A stretch of 64,000 nucleotides of DNA from a virus. The stretch covers positions 1 to 64,000 of IMG/VR virus record IMGVR_UViG_3300042907_000878, one strand, 5' to 3'. Position 1 is the stretch's first letter, and every line of letters starts with the position of its first letter. The translations under genes were made by a program, and so were the position numbers. The notes beneath the pieces were generated by a model. The model was not told the DNA's origin. It did no database searches and saw nothing but the letters and a program-made list of their open reading frames with translations. Positions 24,201 to 32,888 of this stretch are shown piece after piece.

Positions 24201-27181
24201 TAAGCGCATTAAATAACGGATACGCCAGTGGGGGTCTAGTATCTTATTTAGCTGGTGGCGGTGGAGCTTCTGGAACTAACGCCTTTAACGACCTTGCTAA
24301 AAGAGTTACTAAGCTTGAAGAAGAAGTTAAAAAACTAGAAAAAGAAAATAAAATATTAAAAGGTAGTCTAGGCAAAATTTCCCCGATGAATCAAATTGCG
24401 GGTGGAATGCAAAACATGCAGCAGATGATGAGTGGAATGCAAAACCCTCAGCAGATGATGGGTGGAATGTCTTATGGTAATATGATGAACCAAAGATATT
24501 CTAGCGGCAGAGGTGCTACAAGAAGTCAATTAAGAGCTAGAGAAAATGCAGACAAGAGAAGTGCTGACGAGGCATTTGTAGATATAATGGGGCCACAATT
24601 TGAAGAAAATGCAGCTGATAGAGCTGAAAATGTCCCATCCGTTCTTAATATGGGTGGCACTAGAAGACAAGTTAGAGCTAGACAAGAGTCTTTAAAAAGA
24701 AGAGACGAGAAAGCCTTGGCAAACGAGCTAGGACTGGGCGAAGAAGCACAAGCCGAGCAAGCGGCAGCAGCAGAAAAGATGACCCTTATAGAATCCGCAG
24801 CAGGAGCAAGACGAACAGATAATACTGATGATATGAGTCAGGACGTACGCCTTAAGTTTTACACTCATTTTCTAGACACAAATCCTAATGGTCTGATGGC
24901 TTACATGATAAACGATAAGAATGCTAGGCATAGGGAACAGACAGGAAAATCAGCTCCCGGTGATTATTATACTCCAGACGCTGTGCCTACACGCGCAGGA
25001 GGTCCACTGAACAGAGCAAAAGGCGATGGATCGACAACACTCGGCAATACTAAAGAAGAGCAGGCATTTGTAGCAGGAGAAAGGGAGGCAGCAACCACTG
25101 CTACGGCAGCAACGGCAACAGCTACTCCACCGACTTCTCCTGTCCCGACCATGGACTCGCTTGCCCTAGCCGCCCTAGCCCGCCAAGAGGCAGCAACCAC
25201 TGCTACGGCAGCAACGGCAACAGCTACTCCACCTCCAGAAACAGCACCTACGCCTCCCTCCACGCTATCGAAGTTGATGGATCGGGCAGGGGATCTAGTA
25301 GATGTTCCACCACAGCAAGAAGCAGCAACTACTGCTACAGCAGCAGCAGCCACTTCACCTCCACCTAATGAATCTGAGCCTGAAGAAAGACCTCTGTCAT
25401 TTGCGGAACAATCGGCTAATGCAAATCAAAGAAGGCGTGAGGTTACGTCCATCCCAAAAATAGCTACATCTTACGCATCGCAAATATTGGGACCAAAACA
25501 ATCTACAGCAGAAGAAAAAGGAGGCAAAGCAGGATTAGACCATGTGAATTCGATGCTGGCGATAGCTTATGGCGTGCAAAAGCACAGAGCGCCGATTGGA
25601 CTACAGGGACTTCCTAGAGACACCAACTATAATACAAGTCTTGACCCCAACATGGGTGAAAGTGTTACCAATTGGGATCACAGAAAAGTTCCTTTGGGTG
25701 ATTTAGGTTTACCACCTGAAAAAGAAGCAGCAACTGCTGCTACAGCTCAAACTCCTGAACAAAAATTAAGAGAAGTTAACGCTAAAATAGATTTAATGAC
25801 TGGAACTAAAGAATCATTACCTACTACCAAAAATCCTAATGCTCCAATAGGTACGGTTTCAACTGGAAAGGGCGAAACTGGCCCAAGAGGGCTGGAGGGT
25901 GCTAATCAATTACAAGCATTAGATCAAGAACGCCAACAGTTAATGGCTAGCAGAGAATCAGCAAAAACTGGTCCACAGCCAGTATCTGAATTTAAAAAAA
26001 ATGCGCAAGCCGAAATTGATAAAAAATATCAAGAAGCATTAGCTAAAAATGAAGCAGAGTATTTGGCAATTGCCGATCCTTCACATGTGAATAGCCCAGA
26101 CGTTCAAAAAAATATACAAGAAATATCAGAAAAAAGAAGTCGAGTTAACGCACAAAAAGAAGCTATGGATTTATATTTTGGACCTGAAATGTCTTATGCT
26201 CCTGTAGATATTCCGGGCTTATCTGATAGAAAAATTCAATCTTTTGACAAGCCTAAAGAAAACCCTACAGTACAAGAAAATTTTAGAAAATCTAGAGAAC
26301 TTTTGTTTGACGACAAACAAGCCAAAGAAGATGCAAAAAATTCGCCTTTATCAAATATACTCGACACTGCTAGAACTGCAAGCAATGCTATTTTTGATCA
26401 AAACAGTATTTCTACTGTTGGGCATGAAGCAATTGCAACGATTCAAGATTCAGTACTAGCTGAAGAAGGAAGAACTTTTAAATCAAATATCAAGAAGAAT
26501 ATGAATCTACGACAACAATTACAAGGATATGCTAGTGGTGGATTAATCTCTTATCTTGCGAGCGGTGGATCTCCTAAAGGTTCAGACACAGTTCCTGCAA
26601 TGCTTACTCCCGGCGAATTTGTTATGAAGAAAGACTCCGTATCTAAATATGGTAAATCTTTTATGGAGAAAATGAACAAAGGGGGAGTTGTTCCGGGGTT
26701 TGCTGATGGCGGCTATGTCGGGTACTATGCTGAAGGTGGAAATGCTACAATACGTAATAGAAGAGCTAGAGGCATGTATGATGGTCAGATGGCGACAACT
26801 GCACAGGCTATGCAAAGAAGCGTTGGAATGCGTCAAAACATGATGTCAAATCAATTTGCTAACAATCCTGCGGTACAGCAAGGTGTAATGGCCAACCCAA
26901 TGCAAAAGCCAGCAACTGGGGGCGGGAACACTACAGGGGCAGTTGGTGGTGGAATGTCCGATGCAGCCCAACAGTTTTCACAGTTTGTTACTCAATTCTC
27001 AGACGCTGCCAAGATGATGACAGGAATGACTATGACTCATAAAGTTACAGTTGATGGACAATTAAATATAGGTGGAATAGACGGAAATGCCGTAGCTGAA
27101 CAAATTAAAATTGCTATAGGAAATTATGTTGGAAAAATAGTAGAAGATAAAATGAGCAAGAAAATGGGAGAAGCAACCTAA
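18263..27181 (+). CDS. Tail tape-measure protein, 2972 aa, multi-domain
   Basis: N-terminal TP901-type TMP core (AIEFEREVVKIAQATG...RESAESIATGFRTIFTR); Ala/Gln-rich helices; four DTVPAMLTPGE[FY]V modules; synteny. Confidence 0.9.
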   Translation: MASKFTITAELNLQTKNLNQVVNNLRQQFQGANLNINIKDLAQAQSQINKISSSAQNAQKSVGLLGSSFSQAFKKFTIVTAVTGTIVGFTRAVKNAVGDAIEFEREVVKIAQATGKTTSQLKGLTNEISSVSTSFGVSSKELILAARSLTQAGFAADKVTGALKILAQTELAATFDSIQDTTEGAIALLNQFGKQAQRTGSEVAFLEKSFSAINQVSKEFAVESSDLVTAVRTTGSAFESAGGSLDELLALFTSVRATTRESAESIATGFRTIFTRVQRVDTINNLKALGIELQDAEGKFIGPIEATKKLSAALNSIDPRDFRFNLVVEELGGFRQVSKVIPLIQQFAVTQKALNVAQGSSGSLAKDAQTAQQSLAVQIAKTREEFSRFIRDLTGTDSFQSTVRFLLDLANAFVRVADSIKPLVPLIAGFATLKAGTAVKGAFDQLAGPRRKAQGGKIHAFASGGLVPGQGNGDTVPAMLTPGEFVIKKSSVKSLGVENLARANKYADGGYVIRPQPGKFAGFFMQPEGVKDSSLVSQGQAVTNDATREGLLNQVNKNFKLYKSGKLSNKETNLISSQAINDYQPSTDTLKKAISGNIFSREDFKNYLSMGKGTPEDLIKQAVTDNKIDKNSAGLLKTGLSNEKAKYDKFVQSKINSSTPQGLNALSKGKGIKIAAEENDVPAFYIGEDDGPRSQAMRGAIAKKTKDGFSSILSGIGTDPAFKDIGLPPLDVKGDAIKKAIEPLFNSQDPKSARVTIEGYVLEGITAALTGITLGGSDTTWDFPQVASSAEKLGKLFGQTSRISQVESGDAKRSNTDKAKNSILTKKIASTLLKRPELIGNVKEFANGGFASGSDTVPAMLTPGEYVINKKSAQAIGYGSLNRMNKVGKFAEGGPVQMYQTGTPTGGASSPRVFQTTSTGVTTVTNQAAINAQAQQQSFIERLKESSDKLLLLGAVAGSVTSQLGGLDQATADIVSSFGATFATIKGIGGNLIDLGSNIKGVNPKVLSGVLTGLSAGLTGFATAQAVAAARITYLGQTAEESGKKFNSFIEALSKGEGTTQGQLTDALTKQFQAASDAQARGSGAAKAAGGVASLVAGGGAIALGAGAFAPIIAAVAGPLTEEILYSIGAFSDSTGKAKVQAEALSAAMFSATTSNRDFQKFFQNIEKQTPQDVAQQAQSLAQAYKEQQAQIAKLGDLSNASEAVKQQFQAVSESAKQTAANLQTIIGIQLQNAVKRSSDLLNKGFIPDIDKLLKPIFDSIRSAAVTRYSGRIETAGGEQTAQGMNLVGQRENEIARDQENARKTLNQATKQQLEMIAVLNIENNIRKELIGSLQKQSAISASIERLSYELDLASKSVSNIDAAFSGSITGLKSSFDTDILKLKSPDQGALDKALDPVRAVGPIGRDLADNLVNINQVMPTLEAKLIEFSNATDTASGALFDVKKFVEESFNIKADSIVGRTLVKIIEGTTTGTGGEKAVTAAKTSLRQEDVRKKIVESFQKFGEEFRTQAGGILDNLARAEQEGRAVAEKINESRQKQLDLQLQSVDTFSNYIDALAKARGRDLSLIEKNTIRTMKQYTLAGNMANNVGAISTELSGIYKKLNEGGLNLDEQKNLSFSATKLRSALEDLADQSGKTSDILAEIEKQRAKRESARDFGKEFTFGSNEQRQSIANSIQGLQRVLNTGNINDVPEELRSGVSSLLDRFKDVPVFNGRTGRQVENRLIANQFRAMGGGAFANMIEADTSTPEQILIGELQRTFAIQIQAQQALSLLEQQKQELLQGALNEYTTAIGSYTAKLESLVQEFQRKAEEKAIPTVTPSVIASPKTTLPAAPFSGGSMGVLNTLVENPNPNLPPDAKAKIDLENIQETNSAIENFGQAITTSDQKIYEFTARLENLVKVMENTKKEWQPATKQEIENANNQPGTGQSFGSYAIGGLVYRAGGGSIFQPKGTDTVPAMLTPGEFVIKKSSVDKIGADNLSALNNGYASGGLVSYLAGGGGASGTNAFNDLAKRVTKLEEEVKKLEKENKILKGSLGKISPMNQIAGGMQNMQQMMSGMQNPQQMMGGMSYGNMMNQRYSSGRGATRSQLRARENADKRSADEAFVDIMGPQFEENAADRAENVPSVLNMGGTRRQVRARQESLKRRDEKALANELGLGEEAQAEQAAAAEKMTLIESAAGARRTDNTDDMSQDVRLKFYTHFLDTNPNGLMAYMINDKNARHREQTGKSAPGDYYTPDAVPTRAGGPLNRAKGDGSTTLGNTKEEQAFVAGEREAATTATAATATATPPTSPVPTMDSLALAALARQEAATTATAATATATPPPETAPTPPSTLSKLMDRAGDLVDVPPQQEAATTATAAAATSPPPNESEPEERPLSFAEQSANANQRRREVTSIPKIATSYASQILGPKQSTAEEKGGKAGLDHVNSMLAIAYGVQKHRAPIGLQGLPRDTNYNTSLDPNMGESVTNWDHRKVPLGDLGLPPEKEAATAATAQTPEQKLREVNAKIDLMTGTKESLPTTKNPNAPIGTVSTGKGETGPRGLEGANQLQALDQERQQLMASRESAKTGPQPVSEFKKNAQAEIDKKYQEALAKNEAEYLAIADPSHVNSPDVQKNIQEISEKRSRVNAQKEAMDLYFGPEMSYAPVDIPGLSDRKIQSFDKPKENPTVQENFRKSRELLFDDKQAKEDAKNSPLSNILDTARTASNAIFDQNSISTVGHEAIATIQDSVLAEEGRTFKSNIKKNMNLRQQLQGYASGGLISYLASGGSPKGSDTVPAMLTPGEFVMKKDSVSKYGKSFMEKMNKGGVVPGFADGGYVGYYAEGGNATIRNRRARGMYDGQMATTAQAMQRSVGMRQNMMSNQFANNPAVQQGVMANPMQKPATGGGNTTGAVGGGMSDAAQQFSQFVTQFSDAAKMMTGMTMTHKVTVDGQLNIGGIDGNAVAEQIKIAIGNYVGKIVEDKMSKKMGEAT
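25085..25233 (+). repeat. Perfect 47-nt direct repeat in TMP (EAATTATAATATATPP); degenerate copies at 25319 and 25724
   Basis: gaggcagcaaccactgctacggcagcaacggcaacagctactccacc at 25085-25131 and 25187-25233. Confidence 0.9.
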
Positions 27182-30100
27182 TGTCGTCATCATCAAAAAA
27201 TAATTTAGTCCCATTAACAATAATTGGCGCTAGTGGTTATAACAGTATACTGTCCACTAGATCACTATATATGCAGTCTAATTTGTCTAGCGGAGAGCTT
27301 CCATTATATTTAAAACAAACCCCAAATAGGAGCGGCATTTTAAAAGCCGAGACTAACTGGGACTTGTCTCTTAATTCAAATTCTCATATTAATCATTTTT
27401 CTAATGGCGATATTGAATATGAACAACGAGACTTTTCATCAAATAAATATGACTCATATTATGGAAATAATCGTGGGCAAGAAGCAATTAAATATACACT
27501 ATCTCATGACTGGTCGATAACAGATATTGCCGCCGAAAAGGATGTTATGGCAGTGTCTACAAAAGGCTGGACCAGCTTTGAAAAGTACACTACTGATATA
27601 TCTGACAATGATATTTTTTCAACATATATTAGTCCAGTATTTTACTATCCTTTGCCACAACCAATTACACAAACTATTACCGTATATACATTTACAATAG
27701 TATGGGATTCAAAAACTGGATGTCGCATCAATACTCCCGGAAATATAGTTGTTAACTATATATATAATGGTGAATATTTAACTGAAACACAATATGTTAT
27801 AGATGATGACGCTGATACTATTGGGCCACTCCAAGCTACCTCATGGCCTCCAATCATTAGTTGGACAGGAGATCCGAGTGATGAACCATGCATAGAGCCA
27901 CCCGTCTATACAACTTCAACAGTCACAACAACTACATATCCAGATTTGCCCAGCGATGCAATTGTACTTGAAAATAGTTATATTAGAACATCGGAGTTAT
28001 CTCCTAAAATATCAAGATATATTATACCAGAAGTTTCAAACATATTTAAAGATCAAAATTTTAATTGGATGAATATAAATTCACCAAACTTTGAAGTTCC
28101 TGATTATAGTGATATTTATATTAGAGTAGTTTATGACTCCGCTGCAATAAATCCAATTCAAACAAAATATTTACAACCAGTGGTTACAGTTGGAAATGAA
28201 GAAAAAATCTATAAATTTGGTGGATTTTTAAATATTGATAATTTTTATAATGGTTTATATGATAATGCTATATTAACATCAAAGCCAACACTTGACGATG
28301 ACTATGATGAGCTTTGGTATATTGTTACTAAAGACGATGGGACTTATTGTTTTGTTGGATTGTCAAGTTATACAACATGGGAATACTCTCTTGATTTTAA
28401 TTTTCCATTCGACCAAACTAATTTAATAACGGCAGATCATTTAATTGTAGGCTGGAAAAAGCCGAGCTTTCGTAGTTTTGAAATTATAAAAGTTGCAGGA
28501 TTTCCAAACTGTGGCAAAGTTGATATTTATTTTCCAAAAGTGGGTGTTATTAACACATTTGCAAGTGGTACAAATGAGGTGACATCCTCTAATCACGGGC
28601 TTTCAACAGGCGACCGTATCAAGATCACAGAAGCTCTTGGTAGTGGAAATACAATGAACGGAGTTAGATATGTATCCACTATAGATCCAAATAAATTTGC
28701 ATTGTATTATGATAGTTCTTTATCTTATGGAGCTGCTATATATAATACCACAACAGCTTCGGGCGTTAGGTGGTCTGCAATTGATGGTAATACTTGGGGT
28801 TATAATTTAACTCTGTATTCTCCAATGGGTAAAAATGGCTATTCCACAACGTCCCAATTAAGAACTTCTATCGAGCAACCACAGGGCGAAACCCCATATG
28901 AAAGAGCTGTTGAGAGCAGCGACACAAACAAGCCCCAAGCAAATTTAACTGGTCAAAGATCTTGGAATAATTATTATCCATACGAAAGATTTGATTCGGG
29001 CGATAATATTATATTTGGCGTCGTCAATGGTAATAAATTTGGTGCTGACATATCGCTTAAAAAATATGGCGATAATTATATTCTTATGGTTGCCGAAGAA
29101 GGCGCTAGTGAATCTTTTCAGTTAGTAAGCTCATACGCAACAAAAATAACTGAAACAGTGCCACAAAATAAAAAAGTAATACCTTCGTTTTTTCCATATG
29201 GGCGAATCCATTTTTATACAATTAATCCATCTGCAAGATCTATAGATTATTTAACAACATATTCTCCATCAGACAACCCTTGGGCTGCTTACGAAACAAT
29301 TAATCGTCAAGAAAAATTATTGAATCAATTGAGTTTATATGAAAATAAAAAATTACAGATTTCAGATATAAATTTATACAACACAACAACAAATAATTTT
29401 TGGAATGGGGCTAGATTTCTTCAGTGGAGTAAAAATTATATTTATAATTCAGATCTAGATTTTAATCTTCCTGATCAAAATGGTAATCAGTACGATTACG
29501 GTTTTGTAGATAGACTTAAAACTGCGGATTTTGAAATTTCTAACGACACTATATATTGTTCAGCAATATCTAATGTAAAAAATGCAGACTTTAATAATTA
29601 TTTAAGACTTAAAAATATAGATAGATATATTAAATTAATATATTTTGATATCGCCACTCCATTTGTCAAATCTACAGATCTTATAAATTTAAATAATTCA
29701 TCATATGCAACAGTGGATGTTAGCATTCAGAAGGAAGAGATGGATTTATTTGGAAATAAACTTTACGCATTTGATAATAGAGTCGTAACTGGATGGGCAT
29801 CTGACTATAGACAATCTGAATATATTTATAACTATATAAGAAATGGCAATATATTAACATTGTCTGATACAATATCAAGCGATGGAAATAGAGGGTTTGG
29901 TAATTATTTAGTTACACAAGGTACAATTTTAATAACTAATAAATATAATATTTATGATGAAAATGAAAATGTTACAACAAATCCACTGCAATCGCTAGAA
30001 GTTTATAGATATGATAGAATTGCTAATAGATATTATTATGTTAGCTCTTTAAGTCCAACAATTAATTTAAATAATTCTATATATTCTGATATAAATAGTG

Positions 30101-31326
30101 ACACTTATGAGTTAACAACAAATCTCGCCTACGATGGAACTTCGGATAACTCTGCCACATATATTATTAATTTAGATGGCAAGTACGATCTTAAGAATGA
30201 CTGTTTAGTGATGAGAGACTGGAACGAGTGCGTTGGTTTTCAGTTTGATTATTCTTCAAACACTTTTAAAAATAAATTTCATAATTTTTCAACAAAGTCT
30301 TCTCAAAATTCAATCATTAGATTGGCAGAAGGAAAACAAAGTTCATTATTTGACACTTCCATAGAATATGACACTGGCGATTATCACCAGTCTCTTCAGA
30401 TTTTTGACGCTGTTCAAATTGATGAAAACTCATTAAATAATTATGTTATAATAATGGATACTCATTATCCAAACTATGTGCCTTTATTTATGAAGACAAT
30501 TGAAGGCTATTCATCAGGCAACCCAATTTTATATACAGCTGGTCATGCGCCATATGCAACGGGCGCGCCTTTGTATATGCAGCCCCCCATGCCTTTAGCT
30601 ACTGGAATGTCTCTTTTTGCAAAACAGATTGATATTGCAGATACGGGCTTGTCATTGTTTCATAAATCAACAAGTATATTGGAAACTGGTGTTGATTTAT
30701 TTATTAGAAATGGATTCGCTACTGGTGGGTTCCCATTAGTGTTCAGTTCTGTTGAAAAGATGAATTTTCCATTATATATTTCTAACATAGTTCCAACTGT
30801 ACTAATTGACAATGATATAAATTTATTTATCTATTCTGCATATAATGTAGCTCAATCACCAACTCCTTCATCCTATAATGATTATCCTGATTTGATAAAT
30901 AATCCAGTAGTTCCAAATAACTACTTTGTTATGCCATTATTTATCTCAACTATACAGTATGACGATAATGCAAATGGTTTAAATTTATATTTAGATGCTC
31001 CCGGATTTTCTTCGACTGGATCAATTAGTTTATACCAAAACGCAGGTAGCGCAAATGGTTTATCTGGACAAACATTTAAGAGTCCTTCTTTATATACTTA
31101 TGGATCAGGATATAAAGGCAACGAATTAAATGCAGGAGCAAATTTATTTATTAAATGTCCAATAACAACACAAGTTCCTCTATTTGTGTATAATACTACA
31201 TCAACAGGAAACATTCCACTGTATGTAAGTGGGGCAAACGTAGTAACAACTGGTGTAAGTTTATACTGTTCTGGTGTTCATTATCCAAACAGCACGGTAA
31301 CACTTATGATTGATGGGGACTTATAA
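27181..31326 (+). CDS. Large tail tip/baseplate-associated protein with terminal PL[FY] repeats
   Basis: TAATG-coupled to TMP; VTSSNHGLSTGDRIKIT small beta-barrel motif; repeated [ST]Gx[PSD]L[FY] units. Confidence 0.55.
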   Translation: MSSSSKNNLVPLTIIGASGYNSILSTRSLYMQSNLSSGELPLYLKQTPNRSGILKAETNWDLSLNSNSHINHFSNGDIEYEQRDFSSNKYDSYYGNNRGQEAIKYTLSHDWSITDIAAEKDVMAVSTKGWTSFEKYTTDISDNDIFSTYISPVFYYPLPQPITQTITVYTFTIVWDSKTGCRINTPGNIVVNYIYNGEYLTETQYVIDDDADTIGPLQATSWPPIISWTGDPSDEPCIEPPVYTTSTVTTTTYPDLPSDAIVLENSYIRTSELSPKISRYIIPEVSNIFKDQNFNWMNINSPNFEVPDYSDIYIRVVYDSAAINPIQTKYLQPVVTVGNEEKIYKFGGFLNIDNFYNGLYDNAILTSKPTLDDDYDELWYIVTKDDGTYCFVGLSSYTTWEYSLDFNFPFDQTNLITADHLIVGWKKPSFRSFEIIKVAGFPNCGKVDIYFPKVGVINTFASGTNEVTSSNHGLSTGDRIKITEALGSGNTMNGVRYVSTIDPNKFALYYDSSLSYGAAIYNTTTASGVRWSAIDGNTWGYNLTLYSPMGKNGYSTTSQLRTSIEQPQGETPYERAVESSDTNKPQANLTGQRSWNNYYPYERFDSGDNIIFGVVNGNKFGADISLKKYGDNYILMVAEEGASESFQLVSSYATKITETVPQNKKVIPSFFPYGRIHFYTINPSARSIDYLTTYSPSDNPWAAYETINRQEKLLNQLSLYENKKLQISDINLYNTTTNNFWNGARFLQWSKNYIYNSDLDFNLPDQNGNQYDYGFVDRLKTADFEISNDTIYCSAISNVKNADFNNYLRLKNIDRYIKLIYFDIATPFVKSTDLINLNNSSYATVDVSIQKEEMDLFGNKLYAFDNRVVTGWASDYRQSEYIYNYIRNGNILTLSDTISSDGNRGFGNYLVTQGTILITNKYNIYDENENVTTNPLQSLEVYRYDRIANRYYYVSSLSPTINLNNSIYSDINSDTYELTTNLAYDGTSDNSATYIINLDGKYDLKNDCLVMRDWNECVGFQFDYSSNTFKNKFHNFSTKSSQNSIIRLAEGKQSSLFDTSIEYDTGDYHQSLQIFDAVQIDENSLNNYVIIMDTHYPNYVPLFMKTIEGYSSGNPILYTAGHAPYATGAPLYMQPPMPLATGMSLFAKQIDIADTGLSLFHKSTSILETGVDLFIRNGFATGGFPLVFSSVEKMNFPLYISNIVPTVLIDNDINLFIYSAYNVAQSPTPSSYNDYPDLINNPVVPNNYFVMPLFISTIQYDDNANGLNLYLDAPGFSSTGSISLYQNAGSANGLSGQTFKSPSLYTYGSGYKGNELNAGANLFIKCPITTQVPLFVYNTTSTGNIPLYVSGANVVTTGVSLYCSGVHYPNSTVTLMIDGDL

Positions 31327-32888
31327 TGGCAACAGTAACTTTGACTTGGACTGGCACTTCTATTTCTTTTGACTATGGGTTTTCAACATCTGTGCAAAAA
31401 GAATTTGGAAGAGCGGACGATGGCTCTATTTTAAATGAGAAACACACAATTAGTATCAGAGGGCAGATTGTTTCTAGTGGAGCAGAAGCAGATGCTAGAT
31501 ATTCTAATCTAGTTACTCAGATGTTTTCGCGAGCTAAAAAACTTGCGACTGGAGCTGGTAGAGTTGTAACTCTGCAAGCTGGACTATTAGTAATTACTGG
31601 GGATTCTGGAGAGATCGTAAGATATGATTCTGCATCGTTATTGAGTGTCAATGTTAGCGAAGCTCCAGAAGATACTGCTGGATTGCACTATCAAGAAGTG
31701 TCAATGACTTTTGAATCATACAATACTCCTTCAGATCCCGTAAGTGCATATAAACTAAGATCAGTTAGTGAAAATATAGAATATAAAAAAGAAGAAAATC
31801 AATTTTCTTATAAAGGTAACGAAATTGACACAGAAGATGAACCATATCACGCATTTACAGTAACTCATACTATATCCGCACAAGGATTTTTTAACAACGG
31901 ATCTTCAAAAAAAGAGGCATTTGAAGAGGCTTATACATATGTCACTTCTCGCAAAAAAAATAGTCTTGGAACTATAAATACAGATGCATTTGCTAAGAAT
32001 TATCTTGGCAGTTCAAAACTTGAAATGAAAGAGTATAAGATTGCAGGACAAGCTTCTGACGTTGTAACCTCTGCTGATATTTCAAATTATAGTGAATATA
32101 ATAAAGTACGTACATCGTCTACCGATGTTACATCTGGATCATACTCTTTAACTACTACATTTTTATTAGCCAGAGAATCTGCAAATATAGATATCACAGG
32201 AAATTATACCAGAGACGAGTCGGGCGATGCTTCAATTACTGTAGAAGGGACTATTCAGGGTTTATCTACAAAGAGTGCAGACGCTGCTCAGCATGATAAA
32301 ATAATTGAAGCTAAAAAAGCTTATGATGCAATTGCAGGAAATTTAAGAAGTGGATCTAAAATATATAAGTACGCAAATACTAAAATATACGATAAATTCC
32401 AAATAGATAAAGCTGGAGTTACTTTAAGAGATGTGCCATTAAATTATTCTTTTGGCGAGAATAAGAGCAATGGAACAATTACATTTAACGTAACTTATAA
32501 AGTTTGTCCGGGTGAATTAAAGTCTCTATTGGACAGTATAACGGGCGCTCTTGTTGCTCAAGCGACTATTGTAGATAACAACAGAAGTGGAGGGGGAAAT
32601 GACTATAATCAAATTGTAATCATTCCAATTATCGGAAGAGCTGATGGTCCAGTTATTCAAGATATGAATACAACAAAGGAAAGATCAAGAAATGTCACAG
32701 TCGATGTTACATTAGAACCCCAATATAGAACTTCAACCAATAGCTTAGTAAGAACTCAAACCTTAGCAAAAGTAAATAGTTATAAACCAACATCATATTC
32801 GGAACTTTATATTCAAAACTTTAATGAATCTTGGGATTGGATAGCAGGAAAATACAATGTGTCAATAGATTGGATTTATACAACATGA
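31326..32888 (+). CDS. Putative distal tail/baseplate protein
   Basis: Repeated HTIS..G beta-rich units; synteny. Confidence 0.45.
   Translation: MATVTLTWTGTSISFDYGFSTSVQKEFGRADDGSILNEKHTISIRGQIVSSGAEADARYSNLVTQMFSRAKKLATGAGRVVTLQAGLLVITGDSGEIVRYDSASLLSVNVSEAPEDTAGLHYQEVSMTFESYNTPSDPVSAYKLRSVSENIEYKKEENQFSYKGNEIDTEDEPYHAFTVTHTISAQGFFNNGSSKKEAFEEAYTYVTSRKKNSLGTINTDAFAKNYLGSSKLEMKEYKIAGQASDVVTSADISNYSEYNKVRTSSTDVTSGSYSLTTTFLLARESANIDITGNYTRDESGDASITVEGTIQGLSTKSADAAQHDKIIEAKKAYDAIAGNLRSGSKIYKYANTKIYDKFQIDKAGVTLRDVPLNYSFGENKSNGTITFNVTYKVCPGELKSLLDSITGALVAQATIVDNNRSGGGNDYNQIVIIPIIGRADGPVIQDMNTTKERSRNVTVDVTLEPQYRTSTNSLVRTQTLAKVNSYKPTSYSELYIQNFNESWDWIAGKYNVSIDWIYTT

Noticed and set aside
25085-25365. 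Direct repeats with unique spacers resembling a CRISPR array
   Set aside because: In-frame peptide repeats inside the TMP, 47 nt long, irregular spacing, degenerate at codon third positions, no cas operon.
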